A stretch of 64,000 nt of DNA from Laetmonice hystrix (lineage: Eukaryota), in contig OZ249436.1 of assembly GCA_965235115.1 (NCBI GenBank), forward strand, positions 28,398,001-28,462,000, written 5' to 3'. The notes below the pieces were generated by a model. It worked only from the letters and a program-made list of their open reading frames with translations, was not told the DNA's origin and ran no database searches. Of the stretch, positions 11,370 through 24,370 are shown one piece after another (position 1 is the first letter of the stretch; each line of letters opens with the position of its first letter). The position numbers and the translations under genes were made by a program.

Positions 11370-11715
11370 TCTTAGAGACTGGAAGACTGGGAGAAGGTCT
11401 GGTGTCAGTGATTCCTTTATCTTAGAGACTCCAGGGGAAGGTCTGGTGTCAGTGATTCCTTTATCTTGGAGACTGGGAGAAGGTCTGGTGTCAGTGATTT
11501 CTTTATCTTGGAGACTGGGAGAAGGTCTGGTGTCAGTGATTTCTTTATCTTGGAGACTGGGAGAAGGTCGGTGTCAGTGATTTCTTCATCTTAGAGACTG
11601 GAAGACTGGGAAAAGGTCTGGTGTCAGTGATTTCTTCATCTTAGAGACTAGGAGTAGGAGAAGGTCTGATGTCAGTGATTTCTTCATCTTGGAGACTGGA
11701 AGGTGTTGTATCAGT
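11370..11715 (+). repeat. Minisatellite, ~42-49-bp unit (GAGACTGGGAGAAGGTCTGGTGTCAGTGATTTCTTTATCTTG), ~7 copies
   Basis: Directly visible tandem units, some carrying a 7-bp GAAGACT-type insertion. Confidence 0.92.
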
Positions 11716-12687
11716 GAGTACGGACAGTACTAGCTAGGAGGTGGTGTCATTGATTTGTTCAGTTGGCCATCGACATCGATGTGGGGTGCCTGCTCACGTC
11801 TGCTAATATTGGTGTTAATGTTTGCAAGGCTCCACCAACTAATGATGTGGGGGTTTTCTCGCCTTTTTTTGTCGAGGGTCACTTCTGTCTGGCTGTATAT
11901 TGCTGGTTGTCCGGGTTACGATCACTTCACTGAGCGGGGCCACACCCTCTGGAGAGTTGTGGTGGCAGCATTTCAAGCTAAAATGATAGCACTCGAAAGT
12001 TATTTGAAGAAAGTCTGAACAGCAGCTAAAGAAAAATCAGGATGCCATATTTTATTCATCATTCATATAGAAAACATGGAATGGTATTTAAGATTTAGCT
12101 GTTTTCTGCAATGACAGATTTTATGTATTTTTAACCAATATTATTTTTCACTTTTTTAGAACTTTTTGTATTGTCAGCAATCCGCGAATTTTAAAGCTAC
12201 CTGGTAATGGTGTGGGTGCATTGTGTTTATAGAAAAATTTTGCGTTTCTTGAAATTCAATATTTTATGAAGAATGCCCCGTAGTTTTATGCAGTATACTT
12301 ATCAGTAAGTATTTGCCGTGAAAGCATATTTAATGAAATGTACGGTGAGTACAAGATTACCATTAACCCGGAATATTGTTATTTTCGGTCAAGTAAGAAG
12401 AGATCTGTAGTTGTGTATATTTCGGATCCAGGTAATAATATGAAAGTGTCAAGCACTTCCAGAAACACATTGTACTTAGGGTGATTACTTTTGTTAGGAT
12501 ACATTCGACCAAGTCTATTCATTCTCATGATTAGCTCGAAATGCCAATTTGGTGAGAGCTTTGTAGCAATATTGGACACTGGATACTGATTCCCCGCGGC
12601 TGTTCGAAATTGGATGAGTAATTGACCTATTACCGCACCGGGGGGTAACTGCAGCCGCAGCCAAGTGAAACTGGGCAACGACGTCTA

Positions 12688-12927
12688 CAGGGTGTACCAG
12701 AAAAAAACTAATCCTGTGAAAAAAGGTTAATATGGCCAACTCGTGAGACGTATCACTATAATAATGGGTTTCCCATAAAGTATGACTGGAAGAATGTCAT
12801 AAAGGTATCATTGGATACACGATAACATATTGCTCCTACTTTATGGGAAACCCATTATTATAGTGATACGTCGCACTGTAGTTGGGCACATTTTTCACAG
12901 GATTAGGTTTTTTTCTGGGACACCCTG
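12688..12927. mobile_element. Tc1/mariner-like palindromic MITE (TA TSD)
   Basis: TA|CAGGGTGTACCAGAAAAAAACTAATCCTGTGAAAAA ... TTTTTCACAGGATTAGGTTTTTTTCTGGGACACCCTG|TA. Internal inverted arms GTATCACTATAATAATGGGTTTCCCATAAAGTA are also present. Confidence 0.85.
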
Positions 12928-13350
12928 TATAGGGTCATGATGTAGAATGGTCCCTAGACCTTGTAATAATTATTGCCTATATTGGATTTTATGAACTTGT
13001 CAATAAAAAGATTCTAAAGATGCTGATCAAGATTTAATTGAATAAAGATTAGTACAAGAAAAGGGTCTATCACTATAGGCGGCCGTTTCTTGGTATATTC
13101 AATAACCGTATAGGAATTCGTAATTTGGGAGTATACTCGCACCCACACAACAAATAAAAGAAATAAGAGAAAAAAGTTATCCTGGGAAAAGTTTGCACTT
13201 AGAGGATTTTGATTTAGGATTACACCATGCCATTTTTAGATCTCGCCAAATAGTAAGTTGATTGGATGAACATTTTGAGTATTATGGTCGTTGATTATAA
13301 GCCAACAGCAATAAACGAAATCTTGGATAAGTTAGTACAAGGGGCAGTGA

Positions 13351-13711
13351 CAGGGCTTGTCCTTTAAGGCGTGCAATGGCGCACCTAAAATGGGACAGAG
13401 GAGCGCAAAAAAACGCGCACCTTGCAAAAATAAAACTTGAAAATTCGCGCGCCTCGGACTACTTGTAATGTATATAATAGAATGTGCTTGTACCCTGGCA
13501 GTAACCATGTGCCTATGGTTGATCATTAACAGAAGGTAAGACGGATGGGATGTGTGACGGTTGCGAGGATACATACTATTACACCTCATCTGACCCAAGA
13601 ATAAATTGTGCGCCTACCACATTTTAGGTGCACAAAAAAAAAATGCGCGCCTACCTCTTTCAAGGTGCACAAAATTTTGTGCACCTGCTTTTTTTCAAAG
13701 GACAAGCCCTG
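13351..13711. mobile_element. hAT-like MITE with 6-bp TSD (CAGTGA)
   Basis: CAGTGA|CAGGGCTTGTCCTTT ... AAAGGACAAGCCCTG|CAGTGA, with subterminal GCGCACCT/GCGCGCCT repeats. Confidence 0.85.
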
Positions 13712-16700
13712 CAGTGATCGTATGACGTGCAATCTTGCTTACTTGCCTCATTATTTTGACCGGTATTGGAACAGTATTGGAGATTAAGCTTTTGTCATAC
13801 TGACGGTGCTAGGTTTCACTTCGTGTCCCAACTGTTGCCCTTGGTGACACGACTAGGTCAGGTTGAGGTCACACTCGCCTGATTAGCTATGTCTAGTGTC
13901 AAGGTCAGCGTAGAGTCACTGTTAATCAACACGAAATGACTGAGGGGACTATTCTAAGGTTTCTTTTTGTACCTGCTGCATTCTGCTTCACGTCAGCTCA
14001 TGTGTCGGCCATCATGGCGGATCAGTTCCACAATGACATCGTGTAGGACAGAGCAGTACTGACCACACCATTTATATTCCATTTTTAGAACCGGTGATTT
14101 CTTGTTTCTCTGACCTGGTATTTGGCCGTATTGATCTGTGAATTTGGTAATTTCAGACAACAGAACATTGGCGTAGAATCTTTCAGTTAAGGAAGATCTG
14201 TTACATACCACGCAGGCTATGGTTTCGTGTTAAGTAAGGCTTAGTCTTAGAATTCCTATAAACTCCTATATTTTACGTATAAAACCATTACTTTTTCAGT
14301 CAGTCTCGGATGACACATGGTTGATAGCTTGAGCTATTCTTAATAACAATATTGTTAGCGTGCAAAGTTTTAAGAGAGAAAGTGCCATGTATTGTTACTA
14401 ATATACTCATAAATAAAAGCGGCTCCATTTAGATTGAAACTTAGGATGTCAATTATTCGGTAAGATAACAGTTTAGAAAGCAGATATCGGCTCGTTGTGA
14501 CCATGTCTCGTTTCACTAAGACCCAAAATGGGTCACAAATGGCAGTGTAATATTACAGGGTAAATTACTGTTGTCAAGTTGAAATGTGGATTCTGTCTTT
14601 TTAAAAATCAAATTGAATAAAAATTATTGATGAGCATCCCCAGCTAGTCATGACAACTGGTTTAATACCAGAAAAGCTAAGGTAAGGACATAGATAGGTC
14701 AATTATCAATATTTTTTTTTAAATCTTCACGAATTTATCTTCATCAGCCATAAAGATTATAAATGTAATCAAATGTGAGAGGCTGATAGTCAATGCAGAC
14801 AGGTAATATTAACGTACTTAATTGATATGTCGTTTCCAAGAGGCAGAAGCGTTGCTCCATCCTCCTAATTGGACAGACGGCTTCGGCCCAGTTTTGCGCC
14901 AAAGGTTAATGTGGTGATGATATATGCCATTTCTGGGAGGAAGACCTGGTTGATGTGTGATAATAGTTGGTCCTGAGAAGGAAATTCAACGGCCACGTGA
15001 TTTTGTCTCACCTCATGCTATTAGATTTAACAAGATAGTCATGACCAGAATCATGTCCAGCTTATTATAAAACGCAAATATCATATCTTATTTAATTAAA
15101 TTTTAACCTTTAATATAGCATAGCGTCAATGTCAAAGGAAAAAATGGAATGTTTGAAATGGTGTGACGTATAGATGTAATGTTTTGCCCATGTAGCATTT
15201 GGGGCTTACGTTGCGATGTAGGCTGCGGCCCACGCGTCATTTGTTGAGGTGTTTTTTTGTTTTTTAACAACCTCAAAAATCTGGCGTAACCTACTGGAGA
15301 TTTTGTCAAATATATGCTCAAATTGATTACTGAAGAAGACCCGTGTCAGGGCCGAAACTTTGGCCACATATACATGTACAATCATTTTTTAAAAAGTCAA
15401 CTTTATCAAACGACTTCTTTTTTAGTTGCTTTCCGATGTTTTAAGTTAGGTGTCTTGTGTCTAGTTGTGCGCCTTCTAAAGATAAGTCATTCTCCCTGAA
15501 TTGATCCTTTGATGGGTGTATTATACATGTATCAGGGTTGCAGTAGAGAGTCTCTGCCCCGGGTTAGAAATCAAGGACCAAAACTAGCGATAGCCACTGC
15601 TCCAGGGGCTAGTTGCATGACCGACTGTGTTATGAAAATCCCATTGGATATACATTGGAGATTTAAGGAACGTAAAGTCATGGAACTGACCCCAGCAGCT
15701 GAAGGGTCAGCTCAGGCCGTTTCTCACGGTCAGTATTACCGCAGTGGCTATACAAGTGTCGGGAACTCTGGCCTTAGAGATTGGACGGTTTATTCCTATA
15801 ACTTCTCTGGTGTAATTGGTTAGATATAAAAGCTTTCTTCTGGAATGTTCTCTTGCGGCTCTCGTGTCCCTTAGTATGATACCTGCTTATCGGACTAGCA
15901 TCCATTGCGCGCTCTCTTCGTTATGAAGGTAGTTGTTCACTCTGTCACTCTGGCTTGAACATGTTTTTTGTGTTTTTTTTGCCAACGCCTTCTAGTTGCA
16001 TTGTCTCTCAGATATTCCGTTTTGGTCGATGTGACTTGGTGTATTCACGAGGCTTTGTAATGGAGTCTCCAGCAAGTCCTTAAATGTTTGTAGGTGGGCA
16101 CTAGGGACTAGGAAATTGATGGCTAGAGTCCACGCAACCTAGATTGAATTTTAGTCAGACTGCAGGACTTTAGAGCTGGACGACATGCTAGAGTAAGTAA
16201 CGCAGAACCTAGGCCCGCATCATATTACTGACCTTTACTGTTGAAAGAGTAGGTTTTAGGCTAAAAACATGAAGATGTATTGTGCATCCAGTTGTATGGT
16301 TACACCGTCGAATATTCATGAAAATGAATTGGGTATGTAGATCATTGACCCTCGTAATTATTTCTGTGGTACAGTACTAGCAAACTCAGTGGAGTTCAGG
16401 CTATTACCTTGTTAAAGAAGATTAGTATGGCAGTGATTTCACTATCATCAGCACCGTGCGGAGTGTGTGAGGGCGTAATCCTATATTTGTATTGTAAATT
16501 AGCCAGAAAAAAACCGTACCTTACACGGCTGGAGCAAACAGCTGAAGGAAATAGAGATTCCGGCAATAGTTTTTCTCCATCAGCATGATATGAAAAACAT
16601 GGGTGTGAAAAAGCCATGGTTAGTGATTTTATCTTGGCCGGTTCTGTTTGCTTAGTAAAGGGATGGAGATAGAAGATAAAGAAGCAGGAAAAAAGTTTTC

Positions 16701-19700
16701 ACTGTGATGTCGTCATTATACATATATCTCCCTTTGATACCTCAGGACTTCAGGAAGTATAAAAAAAAATTGTTCCTCCTGACGTCCTTGGGGACGGTGA
16801 CCGTCCAAGTAGGACGCAGCGTCTTTGGAATTTTTTTTTTTTACTTTGGGTTGACTTAGGAGAGAAATTCTACACAGGATAGGATGAGCCGCTAAGAATT
16901 CAAGGATAAAAATACATTGGAGGATGTACTTGTGAAAGGTACAGCATTTGAAATCATAATGAAATCAGAGTGTAAATCTGACAAAGGACATGGAATAAAC
17001 GACAAAGTACCGGAAATTAATTCTGTAAATTTTCGTAAATGAAAAGTCTTTAGCGGGAGCAGGGTTTGTACGTCAATTCATTTTTTTACCTCAATCATTT
17101 CGCTCATGTATATTTGCGACATATGTGACATATGTATCTCAATCAATAATGAGCATAATCATACAGTATAAGAACGATTCCGTGAAAGGCAGACCAGCTG
17201 GTTCATATAAACCGAACATTATACATGTATCATTGTAAACGAATAAGTTCATGCCACTGACCAGCTTGCAGCAACAGATAACAGGGAGAAATTCCTGGGG
17301 GAAACAGAAAGAGCGTGACAGTATAGCTTCGGTCACCGACATGTATGCATTTTGCACGAAGCTCCGCCTATTACCCGGTTATAAGGTAATTTAACATGAA
17401 GATCTTGCCAGGAATTGCCTGCTCCCTGAGATGACCTTCAGCCTATTCTTGCCCTAATTGTTACACTAGGGAGAAACGTAGCAGGGATAGACATAAACTC
17501 CATCGGGCATAAATCTTCCTAATGAGCTCACACGATGCGTTTATGTGGCCCTCAAAAATAAGAACTTTATAACTAAGTTAAAGCAATTTTAAAATGAACT
17601 TCTTCAGAAAATATGCAAGGTTGAGAATCTCTTGGTTGAAGGCCGCAGAATAAATACATGAAGGGACGCTTCATTAGGTCAGAATGACATGATCAATTAG
17701 CCGTTAACATCCTAATCAGGGTATCTTTCTTTTAATTTTAAGGTGATTCCATACTAATGACGTGATTAATTATTAATGCTGACGCTGCATCACTGATGAA
17801 ACATGGGGACATGAGCTCTATGTCAGAGGTGACATGTCCCTTCACCACCGTATTAATTGGTATATATGTAGTAGCGGCACTCTACAAAGCCAGTACTAAG
17901 TCAGTCCTAGAATGTCTGCAGGAGTGAATCTCAGTCTCAGAGTCTAAATGGGCTGACATACCAACATTCTTTATGTCCGCCAGAGCTCACATTGTTTGGA
18001 GACAGACTTATGCTGGATCGTCTCAGGAAAGAAGCTGCCGTTGCTGTAAAGCCCAGTCAGCTAAAATAGAAGATTTGAAACAAAATAACGGTAGGGCTAT
18101 AATACCGAAGCTAAATACAGCTGTGTGAAATTACTTTTTCAGTTAGGCTTGATTGCTGGATTGCAACTTTCGTAGTGACGGAAGCAACAGGCGCGTCGTC
18201 GTATGAGCCCCTATGGAATAATTAGTGATAATTTAATGAGATATAAACTGAATAATTCGGGAGGGTTTTATTGCAGCGTGGCGTCGGATGTGTTTGGTCC
18301 CAGTGAGGGAGCGCGGGGGTTGATGTCAGGTCGTCTAGGACTCGGGCCAACTCCGGAAATAAAAGTTTTCCTTTAGTGGTTCACTAAGAATACTGCAATT
18401 AATGCGCTCATCTGCGCCGTTTTTAATGGAGACTATCTACATGCAGGCTATGAAGGGCCCCAGGATTTTAAAACCGAAACAGAAAGTTCATGGCGATCAT
18501 TCTACTCGAAAGAAGTGTTTCTTATAAGATGTGTGCTTATTTGGTAGTGCTAAATGCCAATATTGTTATATTTACAAATATCATGGTGTCAGAACTTGTG
18601 CTAATGATGGGTTTTTATTTTCTGTGTTAATGTGTGGTATACATGATAAGTGGGGCGGAAGTGAAAATAATTGACAGGTATAGGTATAACTCGAAGTATG
18701 TTAAAGGGGGTTAAAGAGTATAATTGTGAAAAATGAAACACCTGGTTTCAAATGAAGGCTTTGAATTTTCTCGACACATGTCATAATGGGCGTTTTCCCG
18801 TGGAATCTTCAAGTAATTTATGGTCGAATACATTTCAAGGCCATTTTCTCTAATTTCAAGGACTTTCAGCGGCAAAATCTACGCCATTCATAGCCATGTC
18901 CCCGCCAAATGCAAATCAAATGACCTGAATTCCTATCGATTTTTTTGTTTTGCAACAGTGCAGAGAAATGCCGCCGGTCCTGTCAGAATTCAAGTACTTT
19001 TCAAGCCAGGCCTGAAAACTCAAGTACTTTTCAAGTCGCTGCGCACCCTGAATAAATACTGGCATTAGTTTTTAAGGAGTTATAAGGACCGAGGTTGGAG
19101 GGTTTAGGATTAGGTTTGAGGTTGTGAAAAGTGATAAGATTTGTATTTCTTACCACCAATATTGGTGGTAATGTAATATGTTACCATGGGAACTTAAATA
19201 GGATTACAGATTAAAGAAGCACGGATTAACGCGGTTTAGACCAAATTTAACTAAGTAGCCGATTATTAATGGTCTGTAGTGTAGGATTGTAGATCGCTAC
19301 AATCGTAGACACATGTATAAAAGATCAACAGCAGCCTCTGCCCCATCCATAATTATGATAATTCTCTCGTAAGCTATAATTCCTAGCTTGCACGGACAGT
19401 CATTTTGTGATATTTTATACATGACTTTACCATAACTCGAAGACACTATGGAAAAAAGCTGAACGTATTATTATTCTAGTGTATAACAATAGGATGTTCC
19501 GATAAAGAAACTTCATAAATGATTTCTGTTGACTGCGGTAGACAACGGTGCCTGTAGTGCAAGCGACGTGTTGGTGTGTGCGACTGTGTGGGTGGCTGAA
19601 GTCCCAGCAAACGCCATTTAAACAGTGTGAATGTGACACTTTAGTTTATAAAGGTATAGGAAACAAATTGAGCAGTTTCATCGAACAGGTAAATACTTCG

Positions 19701-22700
19701 CCATAGTGTAACGGAAAACCTGGAAAGGGCAAAAATAATTTATACTCTTCCAGTATAACCGCCCTGCCCATAGTACATCACGAAAAATACTCATCTTTCG
19801 CAGCGATCACTGGAATTAATGGCAAGACTTTTAGCAGGCGTATAGAAATTCTCTGGACGGTATGATACTGGAGGATAACGTAATGGAAACAGCGGTAATG
19901 ACGGGTTTTATAGTGATTCTCCGGGATAAGTCTCCACCGTAGGATAGGCGTTATCTGTCAGACCTCCATTAGACGAGTGGCCACTGTCACATTGTCTCTT
20001 CATCAGCAGTAGGCGTAATGGAATCGAACGTCATGTGACTGCCCGCAATGAGCGCCTTGTGCCCTGCGCCCAACCCTCACCCAACCGTCTGAAAGCCAAA
20101 GGTAGGTTTTACGGGTCAATACAGAGGCACGTCAACAATAGGCCGGGTCATTCAGGGGATGCAGCCGAGTGCTTGATGGAGGCATCCACTCACTGCCTGT
20201 ACCGCATATAGCACCAAGTGTCCAGAATTCGGACACTGGTTTAACTTCTAAGTAATTTAGTGCTTGTGGAATGGGCAGGGGAAAGTCCGCTGTAGTAGAC
20301 GTGCTATTCGTCACCCCGGATTAACACGTAAGCTATCATCAGGTTTTATGGAAGCATGGGAGGTTATGGCTGCTAAGTGGCATCCTCGGGAAAAGATGAG
20401 AATTCATTTCTGGGTGAGTAGTGGGGTAATTTGTTGCCACTGGAGCGTGGTGGATCTCTGACACCACTTGCAATCTCGATCGTAAAAAAAGAATGATTTC
20501 AGTAATCTAGAATGTATTGATAGTTTGGTTGATTGTCGGTTGGTGCGGCCTGAGGCCTTTAGTGTCAACATTACCATGGCAGAGTCAGTGCAAACTCTGG
20601 TCGAGTGGAGTTTTAATGGAACACAAAGTGGAGGGTAAAGTGCTGCAGTCCGTTTGGACTTAGTGCAGTCAGGTTTTAGACATATTCTCCATCACTGACC
20701 CTTTGGATAATGAAAAAGGTGGCAGACCTTTTGTGAACGATATAAAATTTAAGGGTGTATATTGGCATGGTTCTTTGCATCGTGTTATATTCATGAGTTA
20801 TGTATTATTTAGTATTTTGGATAGAGAATTTCACAAGTGGTCCAGCGCATTCCTGTCCAGAAGTAACGACTTTGTGGTTTATGATTCTTCTGTCGACGTC
20901 TGTTTGTATCGCTGAATAAACATTCCGTTTGTATTGACTTTGAAAAATGTGTCAGAAGGGAGGAAAGAAAAGAAAAGGAAGGAAAGAAATTTCACGTTTT
21001 CTTCATCGGCGTTTGTTAACGTTGTTTAATGTAACATTTTTGCCGGGATTGGCGAGGGTTGGTATCGATGGGTCGTATAGCGTCCCGACCCCAATGTACC
21101 TGTGAATAGATCTAGACAGATGCCAAATTAGATGGCCTACCACGAATACCAAAGGCCATTTAACCCTCTAGGCTCCAACCGTCCTGTTGAGTTCAGGCTG
21201 AATAAATCAATACTGACATAAAGCAGACTTTGTTTCTGATGCCTCCAAATCCAATTCAACCTGAAAATAACTTCCTCAGCTAGTAAACCTGATTTACTTT
21301 CAAGCACCTTAATCAATAGTCAGTATGCGTATTTATACGGACTGGCTTCTATTAACACCGATATTAGATCACAAGTTAGATTAGTGTACTGTCATGGACA
21401 TTCAAATGAGGTTCTCAGTGAATGGGTCCTGCAGTGGGGGTAACTTCTTTCTTCAAATGAAGGCAGTTACCAGGCGGCCGGTGTAATGTCCCTGGAAGGT
21501 CACCAGTGCCAACAAACGTCCTTAGTGAACCACCGTCGGTTCCCCGTCGTTCATGGGTTTCCTTGTCAAGTGGCCCTCATCAATAAGGGTCTCCACCCTA
21601 TAGAGTATTCCCTTCACCGATTTTCAGGAGAATTAGCCGGAGATACAGACCCAGAATAACATCCGGAGGACATGCAACCATCCAGCATCGCAAAGTTCCT
21701 GCATGTCATCTGCAAGGCTTACTGATGATATATTGATGTTGACATTGATTCGTACTCGTAGCCAAACCAGAGATGGTCTCTTACATAAAAAGGCCCAGGA
21801 CTGTTGCTTGTTGTCTGTTAGATAAACTGTTAGATATTTTCTTGCAGGTGTTGATAGGCTTTGTGTCTTCAGTCTTCCCTGCAGAAGGTTTATGTGATAC
21901 TGTGTGATACTCCAATATTCGTCTTGAGGAGATGATACCTTTAATCATAACATTAAAGTTGGTTTACCTAACGCCAACAATATAAGGTTTAGGTTCTTTG
22001 GTTAAGAGAATGACCCCCTGTTTTCAGAGTGTATTTACGTATGGTAAGCACTAGTACTGCGTATATATATTGTAGAGATATGAGCTCGACGATGGACTTA
22101 GAGAGCATTAGGCGGACTTCACACAGGCACACGGACGGTTGGCAGCTTGCATATATATATCGACCAGGGTGGGGAGAGATGGAGTCCGTATGGGACAAAC
22201 TTCGCTCGATGTGTAATATCAACGGTGGTACAGTCCATCGTTCAACTCTGTACACAAGTCATATAGCATGCAGTAGGCTGGTGGAAGCCTGTATTAAACT
22301 AATCCTTGAAGATGATGAACAATCCATTTATAGACGAACCGAAGTTTGCGGTAATATGGGTAAGAATGGAGCAGTCGGGTTGTCTTCAGAAGGGATTTGT
22401 TTGTAAGAGTAGTGCATCAGTCACCTTGGAGAATATCAGTGTTCGTTCTAGCAGGGCCGTCGGGATAGGTTGGTGATATTGAGTCTAGACTAGGAGAAGG
22501 GCGATGGATAGGATCAGAACGGTTCAAGGGATAGGAAAGATGACAAGGAGTGATTCATGAAGCAACAGCGCTCCCCAGCTTTACTGCATTTCATCATTAA
22601 GTTAAAGAATGATATAATAAAGGGATTTGGCATAGATTTCCGAAATAGCAAATTAGATGCAACGTTATGGAAAAAGTCGGGCTGAAGAAATAAATATCCC

Positions 22701-23653
22701 CCGCCCCATCCTTAGGCTTTGTTTACAGGAGAAGGTGATTTATGCTTTAATATATTCAGCACTAAGGAAGAACGGAGAAATAAAGCTCCCATCTCATATA
22801 AGGAGCTAGTGAATAAATGAAAACGACTAGTTCATGTCGTGAAGACTGCCAGCAGTTACCGACATAAAACCACAAATCCACCATCCGGCCACCACAACCC
22901 GTCTCTGATTGAGAAAATGACGTTAGAACGCGGGAGACAGGTTTAGGACGTCGTTTTTCATTGCTAAGGAGATTCGTTCATATCGATATCAAAGCAAAGT
23001 GAACAGTTCGGGTTGACCTGTTTGAAAGCTAACATTAGTCGTTTTTTAAAGGTAGAACGCGAGGATAGCTGCCGCCCGGTGGTTCACTCAGGTACGTGTC
23101 GGAAGCGTGGTCGTATGTCACCAGGCCCACTCTCCGGGATTACTCGATAAGCTTACCCCCTCCGGGCCGGCGGTGGCGGTGGCGGTGGCGGTGGCGGTCC
23201 CATATGGGTTGCAGGTTGGTGGCAGGCTGTGCCACCCGGACCTGCCGGATACACTCGCACAAACCATAGCACCTGCCCGACGAGCCGGGGGATTCAGGCA
23301 CCGAGGGAGGGGGATTACTCCCGGAATCACTCAGACTAATCAGTTACACCCGGGTCACGGTAAGCAGGTCACCATGTGTAGGATTGCTATATGCTTGAGA
23401 AATAATTTGAGAAAGAGGGGTCACGTCCAGTATCGGACCCGCAGGCAGTGTAGGTTACTGATTTGATTTGTAGGAACCATTTTGAGGTAATACGCCGGTC
23501 ACAGAGAGCGAAGACACCTGTGGGTGCTGTACTTTATGTGATGGGGTGGGGGACATTTGGTGAAGGAAGATTCACAATGAAAGAAGAGACACAATTGAAG
23601 AATCTGGTAAATATACATTAAACATGCCATTAAACAAGATGGATTACAGGTAG

Positions 23654-23839
23654 TATAGTCTGTTCGCTCTAAGAAGAGCTCGACCTCGGCCTCATTAAAG
23701 CTCTGACCTGCCCCCCTCAGTCATCACCGCCTGTCATTCAAAAATATGACCAAATTCCACTTGGTTCTGTATTACCCCAAATGACGTAATAGCTTTAATG
23801 AGGCCGAGGTCGAGCTCTTCTTAGAGCGAACAGACTATA
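23654..23839. mobile_element. Short foldback MITE with perfect ~49-bp TIRs (TAG...CTA ends)
   Basis: TATAGTCTGTTCGCTCTAAGAAGAGCTCGACCTCGGCCTCATTAAAGCT is the exact reverse complement of 23791-23839. Confidence 0.85.
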
Positions 23840-24156
23840 GTTCGTACAAGGCGATGCAGAGAATGGTGAAAACTGTTCGTCCTTGTCTCGTAGAGAACCA
23901 CTGCAGGTCCTGTTTGTCAGATAAGTAAGTGGCTCTGTGAATCAGATCCCCTTTGCCCTTTTGTTTATTTCGTATTATTGTGAGCAAATAAGGGCTGGCA
24001 GCTAAAAGTAAAAGTAAATTGAATCTTCGTAATGTAAAGAATGCCAGTACACCTACATATGGCACATGCAGGCTGTATTTGCAAATGTTCACGAATTCGA
24101 ATGAATTACCAGCGTATCCATGAAGAACTTGCCTACCATTGGAATAATGGCTATTT

Positions 24157-24370
24157 TCGGGTTCTTCCCCCATGATAACTTTCCACGAAATGTTTGGGCA
24201 GGGGTTAGGGTTAAGGTCAAGGATAGGGATAGGGATATGATAGGGATATGTTTTTGGGAGGTGTAGGGACTGGGGTTAGGGGTTAGGGATAATGTCAGGG
24301 CCATGGATCTTTACTTTCCACCAAATTTCGCGGGGTTTAAATTATCATGGGCGATATACCTATTTTCGGG
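24157..24370. mobile_element. Non-autonomous element with internal telomere-like (GGTTAG/GGATAG) repeats; partial second copy at ~42351-42448
   Basis: Inverted ends CCCATGATAA..CGAAAT..TTGG and CCAAATTTCG..TTATCATGGG. Segment 24272-24360 aligns with 42351-42440. Confidence 0.6.

Noticed and set aside
24200..24290. Interstitial telomere
   Set aside because: Only a few degenerate TTAGGG units are present, embedded in a dispersed element with a second copy at ~42351.
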